This document shows, piece after piece, positions 8,048 through 17,600 of a stretch of DNA of 64,000 nucleotides (its first letter is position 1; every line of letters starts with the position of its first letter). Below the pieces are notes generated by a model. The model was given only the letters and a program-made list of their open reading frames with translations. It made no database searches and was not told the origin of the DNA. The stretch lies in the NCBI GenBank assembly GCA_947629575.1, contig CANREF010000005.1:47886-111885 (forward strand), given 5' to 3'. The translations under genes and the position numbers were made by a program. This DNA comes from an uncultured Clostridia bacterium. Its GTDB lineage: Bacteria > Bacillota > Clostridia > Christensenellales > Borkfalkiaceae.

Positions 8048-8854
8048 TTACTTTTCTTCGGGCGAGTCCGTATCGGACTCCTCGGCGGGTGCGTCTGCAG
8101 TTCCTTCCGCAGTCTCCTCGAAAGGTTCTTCTGCGGGGCTCTCCGCCGGTTTGGAAGGCTCTTCCCGCTGTGCTGCCTGCGCTTCTTTGGCGGCTCTCCG
8201 CTCTTCTTCGGCGCGCTCGCGCGCAAGCTGCGTAGGTCCTTTTGCGTCCGTTTGCGCAATGAGTTCCTTGTCCATCTTGATATAGGACTTGCCCGCGCTC
8301 TCGCTGCCCGTTTCGAGAATGACGGTATTGTCGTCGCAGATCTCCACGACGATCCCGCAGATACCGCCCGCCGTCTTCACCTTGTGTCCGGGGCGAAGGG
8401 CTTCGAGCTGTTCGGCATATTCCTTCTGACGCTGTTTCCCCTTCCTGCCCGAGAAGAGCATCCACACGATGATGAGCACCAAAATGACGCCGAGCAGAAT
8501 GAACATCCCGTACTTGGAGAAGAAACTTTCGGTGGTCTTCGTATAGGTAGAGGAAGTGGTCTCCCCGCTCAAGGTCACGGTCAAAGTATTGCCATTCAAC
8601 TCTCCCGTGGCATACACGGTCTCCGTGTCCCCGTGATAGAAGGTATACTTGCCGTTTTCATCTTTTTCATATTTCCCCGAGCTGATCCCATCGCTGGAAT
8701 TCCATTTGTCGGCGCCCAGCTCGATATAATTGTTTTGGTCGGCGCTGCTGACGTACTTCGTGGCGGAAGACGACGCGCCCGAGCAGGCGGCAAACGCAAA
8801 GAGGCATACGATACAGGCAAACAGGGAAACGATCAATCTGAGTTTTTTCTTCAT
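8048..8854 (-). CDS. yajC: preprotein translocase subunit YajC fused to an N-terminal lipoprotein-type ectodomain and an acidic C-terminal tail
   Basis: ORF trimmed to ATG 8854 (SD GGAGA). The signal/lipobox is MKKKLRLIVSLFACIVCLFAFAAC. It is followed by a ~110-aa Ser/Thr/Gly-rich domain, then the YajC TM and core (MFILLGVILVLIIVWMLFSGRKGKQRQKEYAEQLEALRPGHKVKTAGGICGIVVEI), then an Ala/Glu/Pro-rich tail. Confidence 0.8.
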   Translation of the reverse strand: MKKKLRLIVSLFACIVCLFAFAACSGASSSATKYVSSADQNNYIELGADKWNSSDGISSGKYEKDENGKYTFYHGDTETVYATGELNGNTLTVTLSGETTSSTYTKTTESFFSKYGMFILLGVILVLIIVWMLFSGRKGKQRQKEYAEQLEALRPGHKVKTAGGICGIVVEICDDNTVILETGSESAGKSYIKMDKELIAQTDAKGPTQLARERAEEERRAAKEAQAAQREEPSKPAESPAEEPFEETAEGTADAPAEESDTDSPEEK

Positions 8855-8875
8855 AGAATCTCCTTTATGGCTTTC

Positions 8876-8904
8876 ATGATAGCTGTTTTTTCGGATTTTG
8901 GCAA
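8876..8904 (-). promoter_or_regulatory. possible sigma-A promoter for yajC
   Basis: Minus strand: TTGCCA, a 17-nt spacer, then TATCAT, about 22 nt upstream of the yajC ATG. Confidence 0.35.
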
Positions 8905-8962
8905 GCATTTTCGGGGAAAATTTTCCGCATATGGAAAAAATCATGCGCCTTTCACACCGCTA

Positions 8963-10090
<1,128 letters not shown>

Positions 10091-10372
10091 TTAACAAAAT
10101 AAATCGGAATGGGAGCCTGTTCTGATCAACTTCAAAATCAAACGGTCATCGTAAATCTTATAGATCAAAAGCCAATCGGGCTGGATATGACATTCGCGCA
10201 CATCTTTATAATCCTTTGAATTTGTCAAAGCGTGGTCGCGATATTTTTCGGGCAAAGGCTGCTCATTTGCAAGAAGCGATATCACCTTTTGCAATTCGGC
10301 AATATCGCAACCTCTCTTTATGGCAAGTTTGAAGTCTTTTTTGAATTGACCCTGAAATTCGATTTTAAGCAT
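10091..10372 (-). CDS. yafQ: type II toxin, YafQ/RelE family mRNA interferase
   Basis: 93 aa: …YRDHALTNSKDYKDVRECHIQPDWLLIYKIYDDRLILKLIRTGSHSDLF. The ATG overlaps the antitoxin stop (ATGCTTAA). The region is visibly AT-rich compared with its neighbours. Confidence 0.85.
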   Translation of the reverse strand: MLKIEFQGQFKKDFKLAIKRGCDIAELQKVISLLANEQPLPEKYRDHALTNSKDYKDVRECHIQPDWLLIYKIYDDRLILKLIRTGSHSDLFC

Positions 10373-10631
10373 TCAATGCCTCCATGAGTGCCTCTACGCT
10401 TTCAAAAGGGCCGTATGTGTCGTCTCCCTTTTCCGAATCGGCTATCGCTTTTTCCGTCACGGCGTTCGGGATCTCGCGCCTGACCTCAAAGGGGATGCCC
10501 TGTTCCGCCAATGCTTTTTTCAGATAGATGTTGATCGCGGTAGACAGATCCAGCCCCAAATCGGCGAACAATTCTTGCGCCTGTTTCTTTACTTCCGCAT
10601 CGATCGTGATGTTGGTGGAAACTTTTGCCAT
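10365..10631 (-). CDS. dinJ: type II antitoxin, RelB/DinJ family
   Basis: ORF trimmed to ATG 10631 (SD AAGGAGGG). MAKVSTNITIDAEVKKQAQELFADLGLDLSTAINIYLKKALAEQGIPFEV is the ribbon-helix-helix DinJ signature. Confidence 0.85.
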   Translation of the reverse strand: MAKVSTNITIDAEVKKQAQELFADLGLDLSTAINIYLKKALAEQGIPFEVRREIPNAVTEKAIADSEKGDDTYGPFESVEALMEALNA

Positions 10632-10663
10632 ATTTTTCTTCCCTCCTTGAATGATCTGATGAT

Positions 10664-10692
10664 ATTTTAACATATTATATGAAATTTGTCAA
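10664..10692 (-). promoter_or_regulatory. toxin-antitoxin promoter with an embedded palindrome
   Basis: Minus strand: TTGACA, a 17-nt spacer, then TAAAT-type -10 (TAAAAT). The spacer contains CATAT-A-ATATG, a likely autoregulatory operator. Confidence 0.55.
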
Positions 10693-10761
10693 TAGATTAT
10701 GCGCATAAAATGTGGCAATTTTGGAGAAAGAATGCCTCTTTTTAGAAGCAAGCAGGTCGAG

Positions 10762-10873
10762 GAGCGCGCGGCTTTCCCGACGGGAGTTTACTAAGAGGTA
10801 AATGACCGAGGGAAAACGCAAGCGCGACAAAGAGATGCGCCGCTTATAAGACGAACATCGCATCTCCGATACT
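10762..10873 (-). repeat. diverged duplicate of the queA 3' end plus its downstream hairpin (copy 1)
   Basis: It aligns with 10917..11026. It retains a decayed coding remnant …SIGDAMFVL* (compare queA …SFGDAMLIL*) and the nested hairpin TTTCCC…TTTAC-taagag-GTAAA…GGGAAA. Confidence 0.65.
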
Positions 10874-10916
10874 TACGGGAGACATGACTGCTCGGCTTAG
10901 AGCCGAGAAAGACAAG

Positions 10917-11026
10917 GAGCGCGAGGAAAACCCGAAGGAGTTTACTAAGACGTAAATGACTGAGGGTTGCCGCAGCGCGACACCGTATTTCGACGGCTAT
11001 AAGATGAGCATTGCGTCGCCGAAGGA
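10917..11026 (-). repeat. queA 3' end plus downstream terminator-like hairpin (copy 2, the functional one)
   Basis: The minus strand after the queA stop reads AACCC-tcagtcATTTACgtcttaGTAAActccttc-GGGTT followed by TTCC. The outer stem co-varies with copy 1 (AACCC/GGGTT against TTTCCC/GGGAAA). Confidence 0.55.
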
Positions 11027-12016
11027 GAAAAAACGATACCTCTCCCCCACCGCCACGCGATAGACGTCCAGAATTTCCTCACGGGAACAGAGACAGCTCA
11101 CGAGCATCAAAAGGGTGCTCTCGGGCAGATGAAAATTCGTGATGAGCGCGTCCACACACTTCATTTTGTAGGGCGGGTATAAAAAGATCTGCGTGTCGCC
11201 CTTGCCCGCGCGGATCGTGCCGTCTGCATTCGCGACCGTCTCGAGGGTACGCACCGAAGTCGTGCCCACGGCGATCACCCGCCGCCCCTCCCGCTTTGCG
11301 CGGCTGACGGCCTCCGCCGCCTCCTCGCTCACCTCGTAGTACTCGCTGTGCATGACATGGTTTTCGACCTCTTCCGCCTTGACGGGACGGAACGTCCCCA
11401 GCCCCACATGGAGCAGCACTTCCACGATCTCCACGCCCATGGCGCGGATCTCCTCCAAAAGTTCGGGGGTGAAGTGCAGTCCCGCCGTCGGCGCGGCAGC
11501 CGAGCCGTTCTCCTTGGAATAGACGGTTTGATAGCGCTCGGGGTCTTTGAGTTTTTCATGGATATAGGGCGGGAGCGGCATCGTCCCCGCGCGCGAGAGC
11601 ACATCTTCAAAAGTGCCTTTGTAACAGAATTTTACGATACGTTCCCCCGTTTCCGTGACGTCGAGCACTTCGAGAGAGAGCTCGTCCCCGACAAAGAGTT
11701 TTGTCCCCGGCTTGCACTTTTTCCCGGGACGGACGAGGACTTCCCACCGATCGAGATCGAGCCGCTTCAAGAGCAGCACCTCCACCGCCCCGCCGTGCGC
11801 CGTGCGGGAAAAAAGCCGCGCGGGCAAGACGCGCGTGCGGTTTATCACGAGTACATCCCCCGCTTTGAGATAGTCCTTGACGTCGCGGAAGATGCGATGT
11901 TCGATCCGCTTTTCCGCCCGATGATAGACCAAAAGCCGAGAGCTGTCTCTCGGCTCGGCGGGCGTCTGTGCGATCAGTTCCTCGGGGAGGTCGTAGTAAA
12001 AATCGGAGGTTTTCAT
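10997..12016 (-). CDS. queA: S-adenosylmethionine:tRNA ribosyltransferase-isomerase
   Basis: 339 aa: [30 protein letters not shown]…GLHFTPELL…[14 protein letters not shown]. Confidence 0.95.
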   Translation of the reverse strand: MKTSDFYYDLPEELIAQTPAEPRDSSRLLVYHRAEKRIEHRIFRDVKDYLKAGDVLVINRTRVLPARLFSRTAHGGAVEVLLLKRLDLDRWEVLVRPGKKCKPGTKLFVGDELSLEVLDVTETGERIVKFCYKGTFEDVLSRAGTMPLPPYIHEKLKDPERYQTVYSKENGSAAAPTAGLHFTPELLEEIRAMGVEIVEVLLHVGLGTFRPVKAEEVENHVMHSEYYEVSEEAAEAVSRAKREGRRVIAVGTTSVRTLETVANADGTIRAGKGDTQIFLYPPYKMKCVDALITNFHLPESTLLMLVSCLCSREEILDVYRVAVGERYRFFSFGDAMLIL

Positions 12017-12040
12017 GGATTGTTTTCTATAGGGGAATAT

Positions 12041-13084
12041 TCAATCGAACATCGAGAACTGTTTTCTGACATTCTCGGGCATGGAAACGCCCATGTGTTC
12101 GTAACCGTCTTTGAGGCAGACCCTTCCGCGCGGCGTGCGAGCGATGAACCCGAGCTGCATGAGATAGGGCTCATAGACGTCCTCGATCGTATTGACGTCC
12201 TCGTTGATCGTCGCGGCGAGGGTGTCCAGTCCCGCAGGCCCGCCGTTGAATTTTTCGATGAGCGCGCGCAGGAGATTTCTGTCCGTCTCGTCCAGTCCGA
12301 GCTCGTCGATCTCCATGCGGGAGAGCGCCTTCCGCGCGGAATCCCGCGTGACGGTCGCGTCTCCCGAAAAGGCGGAAAAGTCCCTCACCCGCTTCAAAAG
12401 TCTGTTCGCGATACGGGGCGTTCCCCGCGAACGGCGGGCGATCTCGTAACTGCCGTCCTCTTCCACGGAGATCCCAAGCGTGCGCGCAGAGCGGCTGACG
12501 ATCCTCTGCAATTCCGCGGGGGTATACATGTCGAGACGGCACATGATCCCGAAACGGTCGCGCAGGGGGGAAGAGAGCATCCCCGCCCGCGTCGTCGCCC
12601 CGATGAGGGTGAACCGTTTGAGCGGCAGGCGGATATTCCGCGCCATGGGGCCTTTTCCGACGATGATGTCGAGGGCGAAGTCCTCCATGGCGGAATAGAG
12701 GGTCTCCTCCACCGTGTGGTTGAGGCGGTGGATCTCGTCGATGAAGAGCACATCCCCCTCGTTGAGATTGGATAAAATGGCGGCAAGATCTCCCTGCCGT
12801 TCGATGGCGGGGCCGCTCGTGAGCTTGATCTGCGCGTCCATCGTATTCGCGATGATATGGGCAAGCGTCGTCTTCCCGAGCCCGGGAGGACCGTACAGAA
12901 GAACATGGTCGAGCGCTTCCCCCCGCGCCTTGGCGGCAGTCATATACACGGTGAGGTTTTCCTTCACCTTGTCCTGCCCGACGTACTCCTCCATCGTCTT
13001 GGGACGGAGGACGTTCTCCTCGAGGTCGTAGCTGCTCTTTGTGCTCGTGAGGATCCTCTCCTCGCCGAATTCGTCGTTAAACAT
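12041..13084 (-). CDS. ruvB: Holliday junction branch-migration helicase RuvB
   Basis: 347 aa. Walker [10 protein letters not shown], Walker [10 protein letters not shown], and [11 protein letters not shown]. Confidence 0.95.
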   Translation of the reverse strand: MFNDEFGEERILTSTKSSYDLEENVLRPKTMEEYVGQDKVKENLTVYMTAAKARGEALDHVLLYGPPGLGKTTLAHIIANTMDAQIKLTSGPAIERQGDLAAILSNLNEGDVLFIDEIHRLNHTVEETLYSAMEDFALDIIVGKGPMARNIRLPLKRFTLIGATTRAGMLSSPLRDRFGIMCRLDMYTPAELQRIVSRSARTLGISVEEDGSYEIARRSRGTPRIANRLLKRVRDFSAFSGDATVTRDSARKALSRMEIDELGLDETDRNLLRALIEKFNGGPAGLDTLAATINEDVNTIEDVYEPYLMQLGFIARTPRGRVCLKDGYEHMGVSMPENVRKQFSMFD

Positions 13085-13126
13085 TCAAAGCTCCTTCCGC
13101 ATTTCCCTCATTTGCGCGAAACCATT

Positions 13127-13729
13127 TTACATTCCGCGGAGAGCGGCGGCGATGATCTCCTCCACCGTCCCCGCACCACCAGCTTTGGCGCGCTCTACGG
13201 CGCGGGCGCTCTCCTGACGGGTGAACCCCAGCCCCATGAGCGCGGAAACGGCGTCGTCGTCCTCCTGTTTGGGGGGAAGCGAAACTCTTCCGCCCACCCC
13301 TTCCGCGCCGAGAAGCTCGTCCGCCGAGATCTTCCCGTGCAGTTCCAAAATGATACGCTCCGCCGTCTTTTTCCCCACTCCTTTGACGGCGGCAAAACGC
13401 TTGCTGTCCGCCGTTGCGATCGCCTCGGAGACTTCGCCGGGGCGCATGGAGGAGAGGATCGCGATCGCCATCTTTGCGCCCACTCCCTGCACGGAAGTGA
13501 GCTTTAAGAAGAGCTCTTTTTCGCGCACATCCACAAAGCCGAAGAGGGTGATCTCGTCTTCGGAGACCTTCATATAGGTGAAGACTTCCCCCTCTTCGCC
13601 CCCTCTCACGCCCGACAGCCGCGAGAACGCCGCCCCCGAGCAGACGATCTCATACCCCACGCCGTTCACTTCCAAGAGAACGTACCCGGGGTCGAGATAT
13701 TTCACTTTTCCTTTCAAATAACCGATCAT
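13127..13729 (-). CDS. ruvA: Holliday junction DNA-binding protein RuvA
   Basis: ORF trimmed to ATG 13729: MIGYLKGKVKYLDPGYVLLEVNGVGYEI…VQGVGAKMAIAILS…VKGVGKKTAERIILEL. Confidence 0.92.
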   Translation of the reverse strand: MIGYLKGKVKYLDPGYVLLEVNGVGYEIVCSGAAFSRLSGVRGGEEGEVFTYMKVSEDEITLFGFVDVREKELFLKLTSVQGVGAKMAIAILSSMRPGEVSEAIATADSKRFAAVKGVGKKTAERIILELHGKISADELLGAEGVGGRVSLPPKQEDDDAVSALMGLGFTRQESARAVERAKAGGAGTVEEIIAAALRGM

Positions 13730-13995
13730 AATTATACCTTGATTCACACGTTTCTTTTCCTTGCCGCTTGTCGTGCCCGCCTGCGGCGGGCACTCCTGCG
13801 TTCGGGAGCTCCACGAGCTCCGCTCCGAACGTGAAGCGGCAATCGTAGTGAAAAGAAACGTCGTGATTGCTTTTGTCGTTCGCCGCTTAACGCGCGGAGT
13901 GAATCCGCGCTACGGCTCTCGGCGTCATTCACAAATTTTGTCTTGCGACAAAATTCCGTGAGGAAACCTTTTTGGTGTGATTACGGAGTGACCAC

Positions 13996-14113
13996 TTGCT
14001 GCCCCTGTGGGGGAAGTGGCATGAGCGAAGCGAATGCCGAAAGGGTTTTGACGAGCTCACAGAAACCCTTCAGTCGCTCACGTTGTTCGTGACAGCTCCC
14101 CTACAAGGGGAGC
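13996..14113. repeat. structured intergenic repeat, copy B
   Basis: Same orientation and hairpin order as 7879..7991. The second stem is GGCAT/ATGCC here but CCC/GGG in copy A, around an identical GAGCGAAGCGA loop. Confidence 0.8.
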
Positions 14114-14125
14114 CAAGGGGGGAGT

Positions 14126-14150
14126 AAGCAAAGAAATGTGCGAAACCATT
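14126..14150. repeat. 25-bp perfect direct repeat, left copy
   Basis: aagcaaagaaatgtgcgaaaccatt is identical to 14500..14524. Confidence 0.9.
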
Positions 14151-14499
14151 TCCAATTCACTGCGCGGAGCAGGGTTTCCCTGCGGCAGCGCACACAATTT
14201 GCCGCACTCTTACGGCTTTTCGTTTTTACGAAGCAGTCATCGGGTGGGCAGATTGCAAACACGGAGCAAACCGCCTAACCCCTCGCGAAAAAGATTTTGC
14301 GAAGCAAAAGATTTTCCGCGAAACATATCAATCACTTGCCTTAGGCGGAATTCACTTCCGCCGTGGGCGACTCAATTTGGCAATTACTTTTGCCTTATTG
14401 TCCAAGCCGAGCGAATGAGAGGAATACTCGGTTGATGCAGGAGGAAGATTTCCTCGCACATTTCTTTTCGCAGTTCCCGTGCGCTTGCGCAAAGGGAAC

Positions 14500-14524
14500 A
14501 AGCAAAGAAATGTGCGAAACCATT
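14500..14524. repeat. 25-bp perfect direct repeat, right copy (ends 2 nt from the ruvC stop)
   Basis: aagcaaagaaatgtgcgaaaccatt is identical to 14126..14150. The two copies bracket 349 bp of non-coding sequence. Confidence 0.9.
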
Positions 14525-14525
14525 C

Positions 14526-15023
14526 TCATCTTACTCCAAACATCCCCGCAAATCTGCTCGTAAAGGCATGGCAGAGCGCAACGGCAAGGGCGTCGGCGGC
14601 GTCGTCGGGACGGGGGATGGAGGAAAGCCGCAGATGAGACGCTACGACCCTCTGCATCTGTCCCTTGTCCGCCGCGCCGTATCCCGTGAGCGCCTGCTTG
14701 ATCTGGTTGGGCGTATATTCGAAGATCCTTCCGCACCGCTTATTGCAAGTGAGCAGCATCACGCCGCGCGCGTGCGCCACCGCAATGCCCGTTGTGATGT
14801 TCTTGGAAAAGAACAGCTCTTCCATGGCCGCTTCGTCGGGATGGAATTTGTCGAAGATCTTATTGACCCCCTCCTCGAGAACACACAGACGGACGGCGAA
14901 ATTTTCATCCCGCGGCGTCTTCACGACGCCGTAATCGACCGCCGAGCAATTCCCGCGGGCGTCCTTTTCGACAACGCCGTATCCCATCGTGCCGAAGCCG
15001 GGATCTAAGCCCAAAATGATCAT
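14526..15023 (-). CDS. ruvC: crossover junction endodeoxyribonuclease RuvC
   Basis: ORF trimmed to ATG 15023: MIILGLDPGFGTMGYGVV…EELFFSKNITTGIAVAHARGV…ADALAVALCH. Confidence 0.9.
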   Translation of the reverse strand: MIILGLDPGFGTMGYGVVEKDARGNCSAVDYGVVKTPRDENFAVRLCVLEEGVNKIFDKFHPDEAAMEELFFSKNITTGIAVAHARGVMLLTCNKRCGRIFEYTPNQIKQALTGYGAADKGQMQRVVASHLRLSSIPRPDDAADALAVALCHAFTSRFAGMFGVR

Positions 15024-15029
15024 GCCAAC

Positions 15030-15058
15030 ATTGTATAATAAATGTGCGCCGTTGTCAA
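15030..15058 (-). promoter_or_regulatory. ruvC promoter, apparently driving a leaderless mRNA
   Basis: Minus strand: TTGACA, a 17-nt spacer, TACAAT, then only 6 nt (GTTGGC) before the ATG. No SD is present. Confidence 0.5.
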
Positions 15059-15092
15059 GCAAAAACCTTCGGAGGGCGGGGAAGCAAAAAGG

Positions 15093-15121
15093 TTGCAATT
15101 TTCCGAAAAGTGGGATAAAAT
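15093..15121 (+). promoter_or_regulatory. yggS promoter, near-leaderless
   Basis: TTGCAA, a 17-nt spacer, TAAAAT, then 9 nt before the ATG at 15131. No SD is present. Confidence 0.45.
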
Positions 15122-15130
15122 AATTGCGCT

Positions 15131-15790
15131 ATGATAGAAGAAAACGTAAAACGTCTGCTCGGCGAGCTCAAGGGCGGCAATCCCTTCGGGGAAGAAGTCC
15201 GCCTCGTCGCGGCGACAAAGACCCGCTCCGCGGAGGAGATCGGCAGCGCGATCGCCGCGGGGATCACCGACGTCGGCGAAAACCGCGTACAGGAATTCAC
15301 CAAAAAATACGACGCGGCCGCGGGCGCAGCCCGACATTTCATCGGGCATCTGCAGCTCAACAAAGTAAAGTATCTCGTCGGGAAAGCCGACCTCATCCAG
15401 TCGGTGGACCGCGACGAACTTTCGGACGAGATCGCGCGGCGGGCGCGGAATTTGGGCGTCGTTCAAAACATCCTCATCCAGATCAATATCGGGAACGAGG
15501 AGACGAAGGGCGGCTATTCTCCCGAGGACGGGATCGAGGCGCTCAAACGGCTCTCGCAAGAAGAGGGACTTCGCGTGAAGGGGTTTATGGCGATGCTCCC
15601 CCTCTCTTCTGATGAAGCGCTCCTTTATAAGCTCTGCAAAAGGATGCGGGACATCTTCGAAGAGGGAAGGTCGCTGAACGCGGACGCGCAGTTCCTCTCA
15701 ATGGGCATGAGCGGAGATTGGCGGCTCTGCGTGGAATGCGGTTCGAATATGGTCAGGATCGGCTCTGCGATCTTCGGAGAGAGAAACTGA
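15131..15790 (+). CDS. yggS: YggS-family pyridoxal-phosphate homeostasis protein
   Basis: 219 aa: …VRLVAATKTRSAEEI…GENRVQEF…HFIGHLQLNKVKY…LSMGMSGDW…GSNMVRIGSAIFG. Confidence 0.9.
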   Translation: MIEENVKRLLGELKGGNPFGEEVRLVAATKTRSAEEIGSAIAAGITDVGENRVQEFTKKYDAAAGAARHFIGHLQLNKVKYLVGKADLIQSVDRDELSDEIARRARNLGVVQNILIQINIGNEETKGGYSPEDGIEALKRLSQEEGLRVKGFMAMLPLSSDEALLYKLCKRMRDIFEEGRSLNADAQFLSMGMSGDWRLCVECGSNMVRIGSAIFGERN

Positions 15791-15794
15791 AAAA

Positions 15795-15832
15795 GGCGCG
15801 CGCCGCCCCCCGATCGGGGGGCGGCGCGCGCC
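15795..15832. terminator. bidirectional terminator, a perfect 38-bp GC-rich palindrome
   Basis: GGCGCGCGCCGCCCCCCG-at-CGGGGGGCGGCGCGCGCC lies between the convergent yggS and Zn-peptidase genes. AAAA flanks the left side. Confidence 0.6.
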
Positions 15833-15845
15833 CTTCGTATACCAA

Positions 15846-16565
15846 TTATTTTCTGCGGGTCTGCAGGAGCACGATGAAAAGATAGCGCAGGAAGTAGATG
15901 AGAGAGATGAGCATGGAGGCGACGTACGTCATAGCGGCGGCGGAGAGCACTTTCCCCGCGCCGTCGAGTTCTTCGCGCGTTAAAATGCCCTCGTTCACCA
16001 GCATCTTCTTCGCGCGGCGGGAGGCGTTGAACTCAACGGGCAAGGTCACGAGCATGAACAGCACGGAGAGGGAATACAGCCCGATCCCGATGTACATGAA
16101 CCACTGTCCCACAGAGAGAACGTCGGCCGTCGAGAACATGATGACGTCGAGGATAAGTCCGATGAGGATGAGCGGCAGCGCGATCCGCGAGGCGAGATTC
16201 ACCGCGGGCACGAGCGCCGTGCGAATTTTATAGGGAAGATATCCCCTCTCTTTCTGCATGACGTGTCCGATCTCATGCGCCGCCACCGCCACGGAGGCGA
16301 CGGACGCCGAGCCGAAGGTGCTCTCGGAGAGGTTCACCTGCCCCTTTGCGGGGTGATAGTGGTCGGTGAGCCTTCCCGCCACGCGGTTGACGGTGATGCC
16401 CCTCAAACCGTTCCTGTGCAAAAGGCGCACGGCGGTATCATATCCCGTCATACGGGAGGAGTTGGGCACATTGTCGTAACGGGCGTAGGTGGAATTCACC
16501 TTTGCGCTCGCCCATGCCGACAGCGCCAAGAAGGGTATGAGAACGAGTAAAAATAAAAAATACAT
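15846..16565 (-). CDS. membrane-associated zinc metallopeptidase (YugP-like, Zn_peptidase_2 type)
   Basis: HEIGH zinc motif (VAVAAHEIGHVMQ) and TM segments at both ends. ATG at 16565, with an adjacent in-frame GTG at 16568. Confidence 0.8.
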   Translation of the reverse strand: MYFLFLLVLIPFLALSAWASAKVNSTYARYDNVPNSSRMTGYDTAVRLLHRNGLRGITVNRVAGRLTDHYHPAKGQVNLSESTFGSASVASVAVAAHEIGHVMQKERGYLPYKIRTALVPAVNLASRIALPLILIGLILDVIMFSTADVLSVGQWFMYIGIGLYSLSVLFMLVTLPVEFNASRRAKKMLVNEGILTREELDGAGKVLSAAAMTYVASMLISLIYFLRYLFIVLLQTRRK

Positions 16566-16636
16566 CACTTCACCTTTATTCTATTATACCCGCGGGAGGG
16601 ATAGAATAAACAAGAAGGGACAAGCACCGCCCCGCC

Positions 16637-17308
16637 TCATCCCAAAATGACTGCGATCTGCCGCTCGGAGGCGTTCGGAAGCAGTTTCTCCAAATGCCGC
16701 CGCAACAATTCGTAGCTCTCTTCGGGAGAGTTTTGATATACCCGTTCGCGGAAATCGACGCCGAAGAACGCCTCGGGCGTGGTATAGCGGGCAAGTCCCC
16801 AACCGTATTCCCTGCCCTGCCTGTCGCGCGCATATTCGAAGTCCGCAATGTTCACATAGCACTGCATCTGAAGATAGGTGATGCTGCCGTCGAATTCCTT
16901 CCTGCGCTCGGGGGAAAAGCAGACGAGCGACTTGAGCTCCTTGGAAATAAACGACGGCACGCGCAGAAGTTCCTCCATGATGGCGTTGTCCCTCCGCCGC
17001 GCAATGCCCTCGTCCATGCGGGAATCGTAATCGTAGCCGTCCCTTCTGTAGTTGGCAAAATCGGGGAAGAGGGCGCGGGAGATATACATTGCCTTGCCCT
17101 TGTAAAACTTCCCGTAGGCGCAGTGGGAAAGGCGGATGACGGGCCCCTTCCACTCCCACGGCCCCGCCTCCTGCCCGAACCAAAGATGGGGCGGGGTGTG
17201 CTCCTCCACCGAAAAGCCCTCAACGGCGTTTTTGAAAAAGGGAACGAACCCCCATTCCTCCACGAGCCGTGCAAGATCTTCCGCGCTCTGTAACCAAAAT
17301 TCCTTCAT
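16637..17308 (-). CDS. AlkZ-related / winged-helix type protein of unknown function
   Basis: 223 aa: …WGFVPFFKNAVEGFSVEEHTPPHLWFGQEAGPWEWKGPVIR…CAYGKFYKGKAMYISRALFPDFANYRRDGYDYD. The family assignment is from memory of similar annotated proteins and is not verified. Confidence 0.5.
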   Translation of the reverse strand: MKEFWLQSAEDLARLVEEWGFVPFFKNAVEGFSVEEHTPPHLWFGQEAGPWEWKGPVIRLSHCAYGKFYKGKAMYISRALFPDFANYRRDGYDYDSRMDEGIARRRDNAIMEELLRVPSFISKELKSLVCFSPERRKEFDGSITYLQMQCYVNIADFEYARDRQGREYGWGLARYTTPEAFFGVDFRERVYQNSPEESYELLRRHLEKLLPNASERQIAVILG

Positions 17309-17328
17309 ACGTATCCCTCTTTTTATGA

Positions 17329-17360
17329 CGCCGCCCCCTGCTTTTCGGCAGGGGGCGGCG
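17329..17360. other. GC-rich hairpin between the DUF1858 gene and the AlkZ-related gene
   Basis: CGCCGCCCCCTGC-ttttcg-GCAGGGGGCGGCG. There is no U-tract in the minus (transcribed) direction. Confidence 0.4.
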
Positions 17361-17373
17361 GGTTTTCGTTCGC

Positions 17374-17571
17374 TTATTCGAGACCTTCGTTGAGCTTTGT
17401 CAAGAGCGCTTCGAGGTCCTCGCCGTGAACGGCGACTGCCTCCGCGATGGTCTCTCCGTGCGCGAGCGCACAGCCGAAGCAGTGCATCCCCGCTTCGAGC
17501 AGGATGTCCGCAGCGTTGGGATTGAGTTCCAATACTTCCGCGATGAGGGTGTTTTCCGTGATCTTTGCCAT
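17374..17571 (-). CDS. DUF1858 domain protein (hybrid-cluster-protein-associated redox disulfide type)
   Basis: ORF trimmed to ATG 17571: MAKITENTLIAEVLELNPNAADILLEAGMHCFGCALAHGETIAEAVAVHGEDLEALLTKLN. Confidence 0.8.
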   Translation of the reverse strand: MAKITENTLIAEVLELNPNAADILLEAGMHCFGCALAHGETIAEAVAVHGEDLEALLTKLNEGLE

Positions 17572-17600
17572 TTGATTGCTCCTTGTCTTTATCTGCTGCA

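Noticed and set aside
10675-10863. 62-aa minus-strand ORF upstream of the antitoxin gene
   Set aside because: It overlaps the TA promoter and the decayed queA-flank duplicate. It has no SD and is better explained as non-coding.
10632-11000. preQ1 riboswitch or another leader RNA associated with the queuosine genes queA and tgt
   Set aside because: I found no compact H-type pseudoknot-like preQ1 aptamer sequence. The structures present are explained by the queA terminator, its duplicate and the TA promoter/operator.
14136-14563. 99-aa and 66-aa plus-strand ORFs in the ruvC-ruvA spacer
   Set aside because: Both read through hairpins and direct repeats. They have no SD and a junk-like composition, and the second overlaps the ruvC 3' end. 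I interpret them as non-coding repeat DNA.
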